NCBI GenBank assembly: GCA_950097015.1
Contig: CATNEN010000034.1
Location: forward strand, 1,178,001 to 1,242,000
Direction of reading: 5' to 3'
DNA: 64,000 nt
Origin: Macrostomum hystrix
Lineage: Eukaryota > Animalia > Platyhelminthes
The position numbers were made by a program, and so were the translations under genes. The stretch's first letter is position 1; the number at the start of each line of letters is the position of its first letter. This document shows, piece by piece, positions 1 to 11,619 of the stretch. Under the pieces are notes generated by a model that was given only the letters and a program-made list of their open reading frames with translations, was not told where the DNA came from and ran no database searches.

Positions 1-60
1 GAAGTTGACTGAATCAAGCCATTACAGTGTGAAATAAGCAATAAACTTAGCAGTTTATTG

Positions 61-420
61 AATATAACCTCACAGGGAGAATAAATCCTATAATTAGATA
101 TTACGAGTACAGCGTAATATAAACCTGTAGGGAGAATAAATCCTGTAATTAGATATTACGAGTACAGTGTAATATAAACATGTAGGGAGAATAAATCCTG
201 TAATTAGATATTACGAGTACAGTGTAATTACAGTGTAATTAGATATTACGAGTACAGTGTAATATAAACCCATAGGGAGAATAAATCCTATAATTAGATA
301 TTACGAGTACAGTGTAATATAAACCCATAGGGAGAATAAATCCTGTAATTAGATATTACGAGTACAGTGTAATATAAACCTGTAGGGAGAATAAATCCTG
401 TAATTAGATATTACAGTGTA
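61..420. repeat. Tandem repeat, 55-bp unit, about 6 copies
   Basis: GGGAGAATAAATCCTGTAATTAGATATTACGAGTACAG recurs at 75, 130 and 185 (55-bp spacing), then continues with one irregular unit. Confidence 0.9.
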
Positions 421-1363
421 CAATAATCCTCAGACAATTGATATCAATTAGGATAATAAAAGTGACAACAATTTTGGTTACAATAGTGAGATTGTAATTG
501 GCACTGGTGGGGTATTAAATAAGCACTAAAACAACTTTGGTGGCATTAGTAGGATTAAAATCAGTCACATGAAAGAATAGAAGTTAGAACTGCAACATAT
601 CTTTCTCTTTGGTTTTGGATTTAGACATAGCTAGCATTCTAGCAATGTTGCGGTTTGTTTTGCATAATTACTTTTGAGTTTGAATTGGTGCCTTAGTATC
701 ACATAGAGTTAGAATTTGACTAGTCATGCCATGTCATTATTCTATGGCCAAAACCAAAGGAAAGTGTTGAAAATGCATACAAACACAATTGAAGGTATGT
801 TGGCCAATGCAGAAATTCATGCAGAAATTCTTAAGCATGCACAGCACATTCTCTATTAGAGAGTCACTTAGGTGGAAGGCGGTAGCAATACGCTAACAAT
901 CTGCTTGGTGCAATTTTCCACTGGATTGCTTATTATCATCTAATGTGAACCATTTTAGCATTGTAACAAAGGCAATAACTGCATAGAATGCCTGCTGTTT
1001 GTGTTTTGTCTGACCATGTTCAATGCTTGGTCACATTTAATGTTAAAAACAATTATGCAAAACAAAACTACAACATTGCCACATATACACTGCCGTATAA
1101 TAAAAAAAACTTACATTCATATAAATACTAGCTTTTTTGCCCGTTGTTTTTGGGGCAGAAATTTAAAGCAAAGCAGTAAGCAATTCACGTCTCTGTATTA
1201 ACTTTATAGTGAAGGTCACCATTTATTTATTTACTGCATTAATGAAAAGTGAAGAGTTTGTTTAAGGGCGTTTTAAGTAAAAAATATGTGAAAAGTTTGT
1301 CCAAACAGCCCCCTCTTGATTACTTCTTTAGAAACATGTCTCTTAGCCACTCCTCTATACAGT

Positions 1364-1616
1364 CAGTGGCAGATCCAGGAATTTTGTTTTGGGGCGGTCT
1401 GTCAGGGGAGCGCCATGAGAATCACAGAGGGGGTGCCAGCGGCCGAAAAAGGGCGCCAGGAGCCAAGAAAGGGCGCCAGCGGCTGAAAAACGGGAGCCAG
1501 AGGCTGAAAAAGGGGCGCCAGTGCTGCGACTGGCGCCCCTGGTGGGGGCATCTAATTCCCATGATTAAAATTTAGGGGGGCGACTGCCCCCCCGCCCCCC
1601 CCTAAATCTGCCTCTG
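1364..1616. mobile_element. hAT-type MITE carried in the Helitron 3' region
   Basis: TIRs CAGTGGCAGAT / ATCTGCCTCTG (1 mismatch); 8-bp TSD TATACAGT at 1356-1363 and 1617-1624; internal GC-rich repeats of about 21 bp. Confidence 0.85.
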
Positions 1617-1768
1617 TATACAGTATGCATGTACACGCGTATACATAAGGAAAATAGCCATGGCATAACAATAACAATGCCAAAGAAACAAAATTAAACT
1701 GTTTCAGAGTTCAGAGTTAGACAGGTCAAGGTCAATTCGTGACTACTTTTCTATTAATTGCTTGCGAG

Positions 1769-2388
1769 TCACCTCAAGGCCTGGGGATACACCACATTCT
1801 TCGTTCTTCCCCTTGGTGCGAAAATGAATAGGCCAGCTGGAGTTCCAACACGGGAGCAGGCGACATAAAACTGCCCATGCGAGAAGCAAGGAGTCTCCAG
1901 GTTGATGCCAGCCACCTTCAGCGACTGTCCCTGAGCCTTGTTAATAGTCATCGCAAAGCACACTCTCACAGGGAACTGCAGTCGCTTGAACTGAAATGGC
2001 AGGTCCGTGGGGATAATTGGAATCTGGGGAACGAACACAGACTCTCCTCTGCCAGATCCAGTCATTATCGTGGCCTCAATCACGTGTGGGAAGAGCCGCC
2101 TGACTATCAGTCTGGTGCCGTTACACAGCCTTGGCGCATTCAGGTTGCGGAGGAGCATAATTGGTGCCCCAACTTTCAGCTGCAAGTTGTGCGATGGAGT
2201 TCCAGGAGGATCTAGAGAGTTCAGAAACTCAACAGGATACTCCACAGCGGTGTCATCAGTCAACGTTGTATCAATTGACTTGTAGGTGAAAACTGCACCT
2301 GGCAACTCCTGAAGCAGTTGGTAGTTAATTTCGTTGGCGGCATCATTTCTAGGACACAGAATTGCCCTCTCTGACTGCCAGTCAACGC
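1769..2388 (-). pseudogene. Helitron PIF1-like helicase, C-terminal fragment
   Basis: RAILCPRN, LKVGAPIMLLRNLN, LCNGTRL, FKRLQFPVRVCFAMTINKAQGQSL and FSHGQFYVACSRV are typical Helitron helicase motifs. The fragment is joined to non-coding 5' sequence at a deletion junction. Confidence 0.93.
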
Positions 2389-3275
2389 CAGCCTCTCTTT
2401 CTTCTATCCCAGGCTGGCTGGAGAGAAATATCGACCGGAGAGCCCTGCGCACTGGGACGCCACCGCACTCACCGCACTCAGTCTCAGTGCTGCTTGGGGG
2501 CCAGTAGACAGTCTAGGGGTTTGGGCTGTGTACATTCACGGCTTGAAATACAATGTACAGGCTTCGGCGCCCGGGGAAGGGAGGGGGTGGCTGTAATTTG
2601 GCCCGCAGAGTGGCGGAGGGGAGTTGGGGTGGCTGTCCTCGGTAAACAAAAAGTGACTCACTTTGAGATGATGCAGCTTTGCTCTGGATTGAGTAGAGAT
2701 GTTCAAAATTGACAGCATTGTTGGAAAACATGTAAAGTGTAGGTGGATCAAATTTGGAGAAAATCTGACAAAGTGGGGCGACGATATGTCGAATTGAGTG
2801 ATTTTTTGACGATTTTTGAGCAGTTTTTTGCACTTTTGAGCAGGAAGGAAATGATTTTTCGGGAATTTGAGTAGCCTATTGCACTCAGCGTAGGTGGTTT
2901 TAGGTATGTGCAAAGTTTGGTGCGATTTGGTTGAGCGGTTTCGGCGTCTATAAAGACAAAAGGTTGCACACAGACAGACAGACAGACAGACAGACAGAGT
3001 TTTCACTTATATATATATAGACTAGCTTTTTTTGCCCGTTGTTTTTGGGGCAGAAATTTAAAGCAAAGCAGTAAGCAATTCACGTCTCTGTATTAACTTT
3101 ATAGTGAAGGTCACCATTTATTTATTTACTGCATTAATGAAAAGTGAAGAGTTTGTTTAAGGGCGTTTTAAGTAAAAAATATGTGAAAAGTTTGTCCAAA
3201 CAGCCCCCTCTTGATTACTTCTTTAGAAACATGTCTCTTAGCCACTCCTCTATACAGTCAGTGGCAGATCCAGGA

Positions 3276-4997
3276 AGCTTCCTTCTCGGACCATTAGCCT
3301 AAAGGCATAGAAGTCCATTGCTGACACATTCTTTGTCGCCGATGGGTTTCCAGTGCGAATGTCAATTTGCCTGATGTTGATGTGGTACCCATCCTCTCCG
3401 TCCCAGAAAATAAGCGGATACTGCAATGTATCATAGGCTTTGTGCAGCTCAGAAATCCTTTGCAACTGATTGCTTCGCAGCTGCATGGAACAATGTCTCG
3501 CTTCTCAAATTCCTGCCCAACAATTTGAATTGCGACATCGTTAACAACTGGTGCGTTATATCTCCTCTCATGCTGGCCTGCAGGCCGTTTATCAGCACGA
3601 ATGACTACTCTGTGCTCCTCTGTGTCCCGTGGCAACCTCTCCATGGCAGTTTTAAATTGACGAACATAATTATTTTTCTCGTGCAGGACTTCCTGTAACT
3701 CAAATACAATGTTGGCACTCACTCCTGGATCGATTCTACATCGGCGCTCAACCTGCTCTTGATGATCTCCCATGAAGTAGATCTGCAGGAACTTTGGCTC
3801 CTCTCCAGGCAGTGGTAGCAATGATCCTGTCATGGTACACCTGACCTTGGACTTTGAATGCAGGCATGAACCCTGGCTCACGGACAATACTTTTAGCTCC
3901 AAAAGAAGTCATTTGAAAGCAGCTGTTGTAGCACCGGATATTAGACAGAAAGTGCTCAGATTCTTCTGTCTCACCCAGCAACAGATGCCGAAGGCATGGT
4001 GGCAGTTCTCGTTCAAAGGTTCAAGTCTGACCTTTCCGTTGGAACAGCACATGCCTGGAGTTTCGTTGGCCCATCTTAATGCATTGCAGCGTGCGCATTT
4101 GACCGACATTCTCGCCATCGCAAGTTTAGGATGGACACCATAGACAACAGTGGGATCATAACTCAGAGCCGCATTCAGTGCCCAAGGACGTGGGCCAGCT
4201 GGCTGATCAGGTTCGTCAACGTTGGGGTTTGTTGGGGCCGGGGGTGGTCCAACAAATTGGAAGGTCTCAGCGCGTTCCCTATGCCGCTCTCGATCATCCT
4301 GCCGACGCACTTCAGCCTGGTTGGCTGTTTCATTGCGACGGGCCTCGGCAGTCTGGTCTCTGTTCTGTTCTTGGCGCTGCTGTGTCTGGACTGCAGTCTC
4401 ATTGCGACAGGTCTCGGCAGTCCGGTCTCTGTTCTGTTCTTGGCGCTGCTGTGTCTGGACTGCAGTCTCATTGCGACGGGCCTCGGCAGTCCGGTCTCTG
4501 TTCTGTTCTTGGCGCTGCTGTGTCTGGACTGCAGTCTCATTGCGACGGGCCTCGGCAGTCCGGTCTCTGTTCTGTTCTTGGCGCTGCTGTGTCTGGACTG
4601 CAGTCTCATTGCGACGGGCCTCGGCAGTCCGGTCTCTGTTCTGTTCTTGGCGCTGCTGTGTCTGGACTGCAGTCTCATTGCGACGGGCCTCGGCAGTTCG
4701 CTCTCTGTTAAGCTCTCGTCGCCTATCTACGTCTCTGCCGTGACTGGCTGTAGAACTTATTGCAGCTCCAGCACTGCTTCCACTGGTGCCTGATGTCTGT
4801 GCTCTTGTCCGAGGTCGAAGGTTATAAGGCTGGACTGGCTCAGCTTCATTTTCACTTGAAACTGCTTGTGGCTGTGCTGAGGTGCTTGGTCTAGGTGCTG
4901 CTGTTGTTGCGCCGTCTTCTACTGCATCGTTTGGCCTTGCTGTTGCTCGTCAAGCTGCTTTAGTCAAGCGACTTAAAAAACTTTTCTTAGGTGGCAT
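3276..4997 (-). pseudogene. Helitron RepHel N-terminal region (23-aa repeats, Zn-finger-like motif, pre-Rep region), disrupted
   Basis: ATG at 4997 (MPPKK) and an in-frame TGA at 4950-4952. These are followed by 23-aa repeats, CARCNALRWANETPGMCCSNGKV, YNSCFQMTSFG, FKVQGQVYH, LQIYF and YDTLQYPLIF, with at least 3 frameshifts. Confidence 0.9.
4331..4697 (-). repeat. 69-bp coding tandem repeat (5 full units plus a partial one) encoding ETAVQTQQRQEQNRDRTAEARRN, STPR-like
   Basis: CATTGCGAC recurs at 4331, 4400, 4469, 4538, 4607 and 4676. The frame continuous with RepHel gives a 23-aa repeat starting with ET. Confidence 0.85.
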
Positions 4998-7900
4998 CTG
5001 AAAGTTAGAAGTAGTCCGAATGACAGGGGACCTGTGTTGAAAAATCTTTCTCTTCTCTTCAGTGGGAGAGGCTAAGCCTCTGTATATTTTAGCAAAGCAC
5101 TGTACGCCAGCCGCTATTTCCTCTCTCTTTCTTCTATCCCAGGCTGGCTGGAGAGAAATATCGACCGGAGAGCCCTGCGCACTGGGACGCCACCGCACTC
5201 ACCGCACTCAGTCTCAGTGCTGCTTGGGGGCCAGTAGACAGTCTAGGGGTTTGGGCTGTGTACATTCACGGCTTGAAATACAATGTACAGTCTGGGGCTT
5301 CGGCGCCCGGGGAAGGGAGGGGGTGGCTGTAATAAAATTTGGCCCGCAGAGTGGCGGAGGGGAGTTGGGGTGGCTGTCCTCGGAAAACAAAAAGTGACTC
5401 ACTTTGAGATGATGCAGCTTTGCTCTGGATTGAGTAGAGATGTTCAAAATTGACAGCATTGTTGGAAAACATGTAAAGTGTAAGTGGATCAAATTTGGAG
5501 AAAATCTGACAAAGTGGGGCGACGATATGTCGAATTGAGTGATTTTTTGACGATTTATGAGCAGTTTTTTGCACTTTTGAGCAGGAAGGAAATGATTTTT
5601 CGGGAATTTGAGTAGCCTATTGCACTCAGCGTAGGTGGTTTTAGGTATGTGCAAAGTTTGGTGCGATTTGGTTGAGCGGTTTCGGCGTCTATAAAGACAA
5701 AAGGTTGCACACACACAGACAGACAGACAGAGTTTTCACTTTTATATATATAGATTAATTAATAATGAATAAAATCGAAACAAATATACTTGGAATTAAA
5801 AACATAACAGCCCTACTTGCATTAGTTTTGAAGAAAACAATACATTTAAGATAAAGCCCTGTGCATGCTAGATGAAAAAGGCCACTTTTCAGCTTTACAT
5901 ATGTAGCATATCTATCAACATGTACAATGTAGTTACAAGCTACCCATTGTCACATTGCCACTGTGTTGGCCTACCTAGCCATGTGTGCTTTCCTTTCTAG
6001 AATGATGTTGTGTAATGATTGTGATTGCAGGCATGTGTTTCCCATTGCAATTTTGAATTAAACCATCCTCCCAGCACAACCCTAACTTGTTTTTTCTCAT
6101 GATGAGTGCCTCGCACTTTCCTTAGCTAGCATAGCTTGCCCCATAGTATCAACTTACCTCCCTTCCTGGCATTAAATGAATTGATTCCTACAAGCATGAT
6201 TCCATGGATTATCCAGCCATTATTTGGGTTCCAATTAACTGGTGTTGATCAACTAGTTGGCATAAGGTGGGGGACAGCTGGCAGTAATGTACAAAAAGTT
6301 GTTTAGGCAATTGTTTGTACTGGACAAGCCCAAAAACTCTGGTTTCATATTTTCTGTAAGGTTTTGATCACTAGCCTTTTGAGTTCAATGGGCTAGGTAA
6401 GGATTTTTCTTTAGAGGCATAGTGCAGTTGGCAATCAGGTGGCCCACCTGGCCATAGAGATAGCAAGGCTTGGCCTATTTGATATTTTCCCTAGGCTAGT
6501 GATAAAGTCATTCTATTCTAGGGGCTAAAGCTTAGTGCCTTGTCTAAGGCATAGGGCAGCTTTAATTGGCTTAGCACAGAATTTTGGATGCTTGAATCAT
6601 CACACCTCTTTCTGAAATAGGTGGCACTCAAACTTGGCTACATAGGCTCCCAATGCCTTTTTCTTGACATTGGCCTCAGACTTAACAGCCTAGATCTGAG
6701 CTGTAGCACACATGGGAGCTTCAAAACCTGGAGCACCCCTACTAGTTCTTTTGCCCATTGGACAAGCTCTTTAGCTAAGGCCTCACACAAACCCTCCTGG
6801 CCCCAAAGCAAAAGCTTTTTGGCTAGCTGCTTATCATGGAGACAATGACAAAATCTAGTCTTAACTAGCAGCTTCAGAGAATGACAATTCAGCACCACAG
6901 GTATATGCTACAAGGCAATCAATGAACTCAGTGATTTATTGTGTGCCTTGCTGAGAGGTGGTAACTAGTTCCATATAGGATTTTTCAGGGGTAGGCCCTA
7001 TTTTATTTTTAGTCAGTATAGTGAGCATGCAGCACAATAAGTGTAGATTCAAAGGGTTGATGGTCATAGCAATAGTTTAGGAAGACTTCCTAGCATTCTG
7101 GTAAGAGCAGAGATACCTGATACCAGCATGGCAGATTGTTGGTCATTGGGGACCTTGCAGGATAGTAACACTATAATGTCACACTATTATATGTTGAGGC
7201 CTAGCTAGCTGTAGTATATACTTGTCAAGTTGACATGACATTAGCAATGACAACTGTAGAATAGTTTAGAGGAAAATTAACAGCAGGTCACAATAAAAGC
7301 CAAATAATGTTTTTTAAGGCAATCATAGATTGATTCCAGAAGTAGTCTAGAAACTAATAAGTTTTCTACAAGGGCCATCGAGTCGAAACTTTCCAAGCAA
7401 TCCTTGGTCAATTAATTTATAATAGATAATAATTTTCCATTTATAATGTATCCTTAACTAATTAAAAAAACTTATTAGAGCATATTACAGTACATAATTT
7501 CAGTTATAATTATTTCGTAGCAAAATGTAAAACAAGTCAAACTATCTGTTTGTGTGCGCGTTATTTCTAATGCATTGTTTTCGAAAGTTAACAATTATAC
7601 ATTGAATGTAAAAACAAAATGAAAAAATGGTATTTAAATGTTCTTAAAGAAAGTAACTGCTTTCTTAAGCGATTTTTTATGTAAATTAGAGGCAGTGCTG
7701 GAGCCGAAGGGTCAACAAAGAGAGACTAGGGCCAGCACGAATTCTTTCTAAGAAAACTCGGAAAAACAGTTGCAGCTTAAAAGAATGCGAAAGAAAGCTG
7801 TCAGCGTAAATGACGAGTACGACTAAAAACGAATATTGGGAGCAATCAGCCCTGATAAGAACTCTTCAGCTAATTCGAGCATACATAAAGCAAGCCTAAT

Positions 7901-8427
7901 AGGCGGAAGCGAGAAAGACTGTAACATTATTTTTATATTTTGTGGCAGCCGCTCTCTCCAGCGCTAGGGCGGTCACTCGAACCAATAGTTTTGACCAACA
8001 CCTGCGCTGTGGGCCGGGCAGTGTGCATAAAGCTTATGCTCATGTTACACGCGCCGGCCTATAAATCACAATCTTTTGGAATGCGCTGCACGTTACCAGT
8101 TCTCCGTCAATTACAAATGAACATTATGTAGCTGCGATCGTCACAATATATAATAAATACAATTTATCTGATCAGATCAGATCAGATCATTCCTTTGATA
8201 CCGAAGTGGCTGTACAGAAGTGGACTGTTACCACAGCGAACATGTTATATGTTCTTAGTGCATGTTCGAAAAGTCTTAGACATTACCGGTTAGTATAAAA
8301 GATCATAGCAAATTTTTCCTCGCTGACTGTTGATCATGTTTCACCGAATAATGTGTGTTTGCCCAGAGCAACAACAACAACAACAACAAAGGACGACAAC
8401 CCAAGGCCGAAGCCAGAGGGGCTGCCG

Positions 8428-10230
8428 TCAAAAGGCACGCGCAAGAGCAGAGTGGCGCAGAATTGTCAGTCCACGAGGGTCAGAGATCTCAGCGTCAGTC
8501 AATAGCAGTTCAGGATAGCGTAGCGCCCTCGCCTGACCACGCCGCCGGGGCCCCTGCAGGGAAAGCAGCAGCACGTCCTGCAGTGGCTCGGGGCAGCGCT
8601 GCTCCGCACGGATGACGTGGCCAGCCAGCTGCAGGCGCCGGATGCGCAGCAGCTGACTTGGCCGGCAGAGCTGGGCCCGGCGATAGAGCTCATCGTTGCT
8701 GGTGTTGGTGACGGCAGTCGGCGAATAGTGGACGCCGAAGGCGGCTCGCAGGAGTCCGGCGTGGGCGGCATCGAGTTGCTTCTCCTGTGTGCCGTTCAGA
8801 GTCCACGTTTGAGCGTTGTAGAGAAAGACGGTCTCTATGACGGCTTGAAACAACCGCCCTCTCAGCCGATCCGGCAGCGTGGGGCACTGCAGGACAGTCC
8901 GCAGGGTGCGAAAGGCTGCCCAGGCAAGCGCCCTGCGTCGCGCCATGTCGTCCAGGATGTCGGGCACTTGACCGCCGAGATAGATGAAGGTCTCGCAGCG
9001 CGGCAGCAATGCCGCTTGCCCATTTACGCTGTGGCAGAGGATCTCGCCGTTGAGGTCATTTGGGACGGTCAGCACCATTGTTTTCTTGGTGTTCACGGAC
9101 AGCCCGACCATTGCCGCCGCCGCAGTCAGCTTGTCCAGCAGATGCTGAGCACCTTCGATTGAGCTGGACAGCAGCGCCAGGTCGTCCGCGTACGCCAGGA
9201 CAGAGAGTCGTCTTTCGGGGTGTCGGCTGCTTGTCCTGCGACAGAGCAGAAAGCCGTTGGCGTCGTCAGGGAGGCCAGTGCGCAGCACCCAGTCCAGGAC
9301 CAGGACGAACAGAAAGGGGGCGAGTGTGTCGCCCTGCAGCACACCGGAGGTCGTGTCGAAGAAATCGGATAGGCCGTCCGGCGTCACAACTGCCGCCCTG
9401 GTCTCCTGGTACAGGGCCATCACAGCCGTTACCAGCTGCTCAGGCACATGGTACGCGCGCAGGATCTTCGGGATGACCCGTCTCGACACCGAGTCGAAGG
9501 CCTTTAGAAAATCCACGAAGATGCAGATGACCGCCGACTGGTGGATACGGGTCTCTTCTAAAATGCGGCGCAAAGCGAGAATCTGATTCACCGTGCCCCT
9601 ACCTGGCCGGAAGCCGTTTTGCTCTCGCCGGAGGAACGGGTCCAACACAGGTTGCAGCCGCGTCAGCAGCACCCTGTTGTACAGCTTCGCGGCGCAGGAC
9701 ATTAGGGATATTCCGCGATGCTCTTCGACCTTGACAGTTCCGGGCTTCTTCGGGATCCCGACGATGTGCGCCGTCCGCCATTCAGCGGGGGCGGGACCTC
9801 CCGCCAGCACGCAGTTCATCACTTGCGTGACTTCTTGCGCCACCAGCGGGAGGCGCAACACTTCGACAGGCACGTCATCGGGTCCGGTGGCTTTGCCGCC
9901 CGGTGTCTTCTTAGCGAGCAGAAGCACCTCGTCAATGGTGATAGGACTGGTGTTGAAAGAGCTTTCTTCTGGCAGTGCGACCTCTGCGGGCAGTGACATG
10001 TCGTCTCTTGGCGGCGGTGGAGACGCGTTAACGATGCCAGAGAAAAAGGCTTTTAGTTCGTTTCGCCTCTCTTCGGGCGTGTCACCAGACAGGTTCAGCG
10101 TACTGCGCCGTTTACGGCCTGTCAATTGGTTTACAACAGACCAAACAGCACGGGGCTTCTTGTCGGGGCCGGCGTCAGTAATTTCTTGAATTGCGGCCTC
10201 AACAGCGGCGCGTTGCCGGGCCTTAAAAAC
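8428..10230 (-). CDS. LINE ORF, reverse transcriptase part (in-frame continuation after the TAG)
   Basis: QNGFRPGR, FVDFLKAFDSV, GVLQGDTLAP, LAYADD and FIYLG motifs. 10230 to 10125 is 35 codons with no stop. Confidence 0.93.
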   Translation of the reverse strand, partial: VFKARQRAAVEAAIQEITDAGPDKKPRAVWSVVNQLTGRKRRSTLNLSGDTPEERRNELKAFFSGIVNASPPPPRDDMSLPAEVALPEESSFNTSPITIDEVLLLAKKTPGGKATGPDDVPVEVLRLPLVAQEVTQVMNCVLAGGPAPAEWRTAHIVGIPKKPGTVKVEEHRGISLMSCAAKLYNRVLLTRLQPVLDPFLRREQNGFRPGRGTVNQILALRRILEETRIHQSAVICIFVDFLKAFDSVSRRVIPKILRAYHVPEQLVTAVMALYQETRAAVVTPDGLSDFFDTTSGVLQGDTLAPFLFVLVLDWVLRTGLPDDANGFLLCRRTSSRHPERRLSVLAYADDLALLSSSIEGAQHLLDKLTAAAAMVGLSVNTKKTMVLTVPNDLNGEILCHSVNGQAALLPRCETFIYLGGQVPDILDDMARRRALAWAAFRTLRTVLQCPTLPDRLRGRLFQAVIETVFLYNAQTWTLNGTQEKQLDAAHAGLLRAAFGVHYSPTAVTNTSNDELYRRAQLCRPSQLLRIRRLQLAGHVIRAEQRCPEPLQDVLLLSLQGPRRRGQARALRYPELLLTDAEISDPRGLTILRHSALARAF

Positions 10231-11619
10231 CTATGCTAAGGCTTTCTCAGCTTCCTCCGCAGGCTGTCCGCTCCTCCGCAGTCTTTCCACAGTTTGCCGG
10301 GCCTGTCGCAGCGCCTCGTCGTTTTGCCATACAGGCTGACCGCTTGCTACTGGTTTCACCAGAGGCAGCGTTTTAGTAGCGGCAGCCTGGACAGCGCTGC
10401 TGACGTCCGAGTATTTGGCAGGTGCTGCTGGTTCCGGTCGTTTGTCTAGCGCGTCGGCAAAGGCCAGGCAGAAACGGCCTCTTGTGCTTGGGTCGCGCAA
10501 GGCGCGGAAAAAGCGCTTTGGCTGCCGCTTCGGTGGTCGGTATAGTGGGTGCCTAAGGCGCAGTTCACAGTAAAGCAGTCTATGGTCAGACCGAATTGCC
10601 AAAGGTGCCACCGTGTCGCAGTTGACTGCACGGCGCCGTTCCCGCCAGCGGATTAGAATGTGGTCCAGCTGTGCGAGTCTTTTTGTGGCAAACTTTCCAC
10701 TGGCGTTCCGGGTCGGGCGCTTGCATCCAGTGAACGTTGCCAGTCTCACAGCTGGTTTCCTAAAGAGAGTGTTCGCTGAGACCAGATCGTGCCGGTCCAC
10801 GAAATCCATTAGTGCATCGGTGTTGTTGTTTTCGCGCGGGGTGACAAAGAGAGCTCGTTCAGATTTTCGCATAACAGCGTTGAGGTCTCCAAGCACCAGC
10901 ACTGAGTCACGCTGAGCAACCGCCTCCAGTTGCGCCGAGAGGAACTCCAGAAATTGACGGTGCTCCGTCGGGTGCGCAGCTGTGGGTGCATAGGCACAGA
11001 ATAAGTGAATATTACGGGTGCGGAGACGAAGGTCGACTCGTAGTAGTCTTGGCGATAAGCTTTCGCATCGAAAACATTTCTGTAGCCGTGGGCTGGTGAG
11101 GACACCAACTCCTCCTCGGCCTTTTGCGTCTGCTGAAGTGAACTGAAGGAGCCAGCCGCCACCGAGGTGCTCCTGATGGAGCCCAGGATCGGTTTTAATA
11201 GATAGCTCCTGCAGCATTACAATGTCTAGTTGCAGATCGGTAGCTAATTTTGCCAGTAGATGTTGCCTCCAACCTGCTCGCAGAGTCCGGCAGTTCCAAG
11301 TCGCGACTCTTAGTTGTTGTTTCTGTTTATGCGGCGTGCAATTTGGTTCAGCTTGGATCCGTTGGTTGTGGACCTCTAGGTCCCCGGCGCCACCCGGAGG
11401 AACCGTACCACTGCGCATAGAGGTTCTGCCAGCAGTGCGACGCTCGCGGGCACGGTGTCGGCCACGGCAGTTTCGCTCGCGGCGTCGTTCAATACGCCGA
11501 CGCACACTGCGTTGTCCTCGTCTGCAGGGTGGTGTGCCGCTCTTGGCAGCCGCAGCAGGTGCGCGGCTCTCCGTTGAGGCCTTGGTACGCAATTCCATTG
11601 TTGGAGCAGGAATTGGCAC
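10231..11619 (-). CDS. LINE ORF, apurinic endonuclease (APE) part
   Basis: LRVATWNCRTL, DIVMLQE, LGDLNA, QLDHIL and SDHRLL motifs. Ends at a TAG that is in frame with the RT part. Confidence 0.92.
   Translation of the reverse strand: MPIPAPTMELRTKASTESRAPAAAAKSGTPPCRRGQRSVRRRIERRRERNCRGRHRARERRTAGRTSMRSGTVPPGGAGDLEVHNQRIQAEPNCTPHKQKQQLRVATWNCRTLRAGWRQHLLAKLATDLQLDIVMLQELSIKTDPGLHQEHLGGGWLLQFTSADAKGRGGVGVLTSPRLQKCFRCESLSPRLLRVDLRLRTRNIHLFCAYAPTAAHPTEHRQFLEFLSAQLEAVAQRDSVLVLGDLNAVMRKSERALFVTPRENNNTDALMDFVDRHDLVSANTLFRKPAVRLATFTGCKRPTRNASGKFATKRLAQLDHILIRWRERRRAVNCDTVAPLAIRSDHRLLYCELRLRHPLYRPPKRQPKRFFRALRDPSTRGRFCLAFADALDKRPEPAAPAKYSDVSSAVQAAATKTLPLVKPVASGQPVWQNDEALRQARQTVERLRRSGQPAEEAEKALA

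Larger units (their letters stand above)
1128..3021 (-). mobile_element. Non-autonomous Helitron 'B' (internally deleted; keeps only the helicase C-terminus)
   Basis: On the minus strand it starts 5'-TCTATATAT at 3021 and ends with the subterminal hairpin-like GCCCCAAAAACAACGGGC plus CTAG at 1128, followed by T. It is a near-identical inverted copy of 44623-46547. Confidence 0.93.
3022..5754 (-). mobile_element. Non-autonomous Helitron 'A' (keeps the RepHel N-terminus only)
   Basis: Host A then TC start at 5754. It shares the 5' and 3' terminal sequences of B, and its CTAG end at 3022 directly abuts the TC of element B. Confidence 0.92.

Noticed and set aside
2513-3006. ORFs in the Helitron 5' region (also 5214-5714, 13799-14497, 44638-45167)
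   Set aside because: They are recurrent readings of non-coding terminal sequence, with lengths that vary with small indels and no domain.
4131-4793. Hydrophobic repeat membrane protein (IATGLGSPVSVLFLALLCLDCSL)n and other frames
   Set aside because: These are antisense or off-frame readings of the Helitron 69-bp coding repeat.
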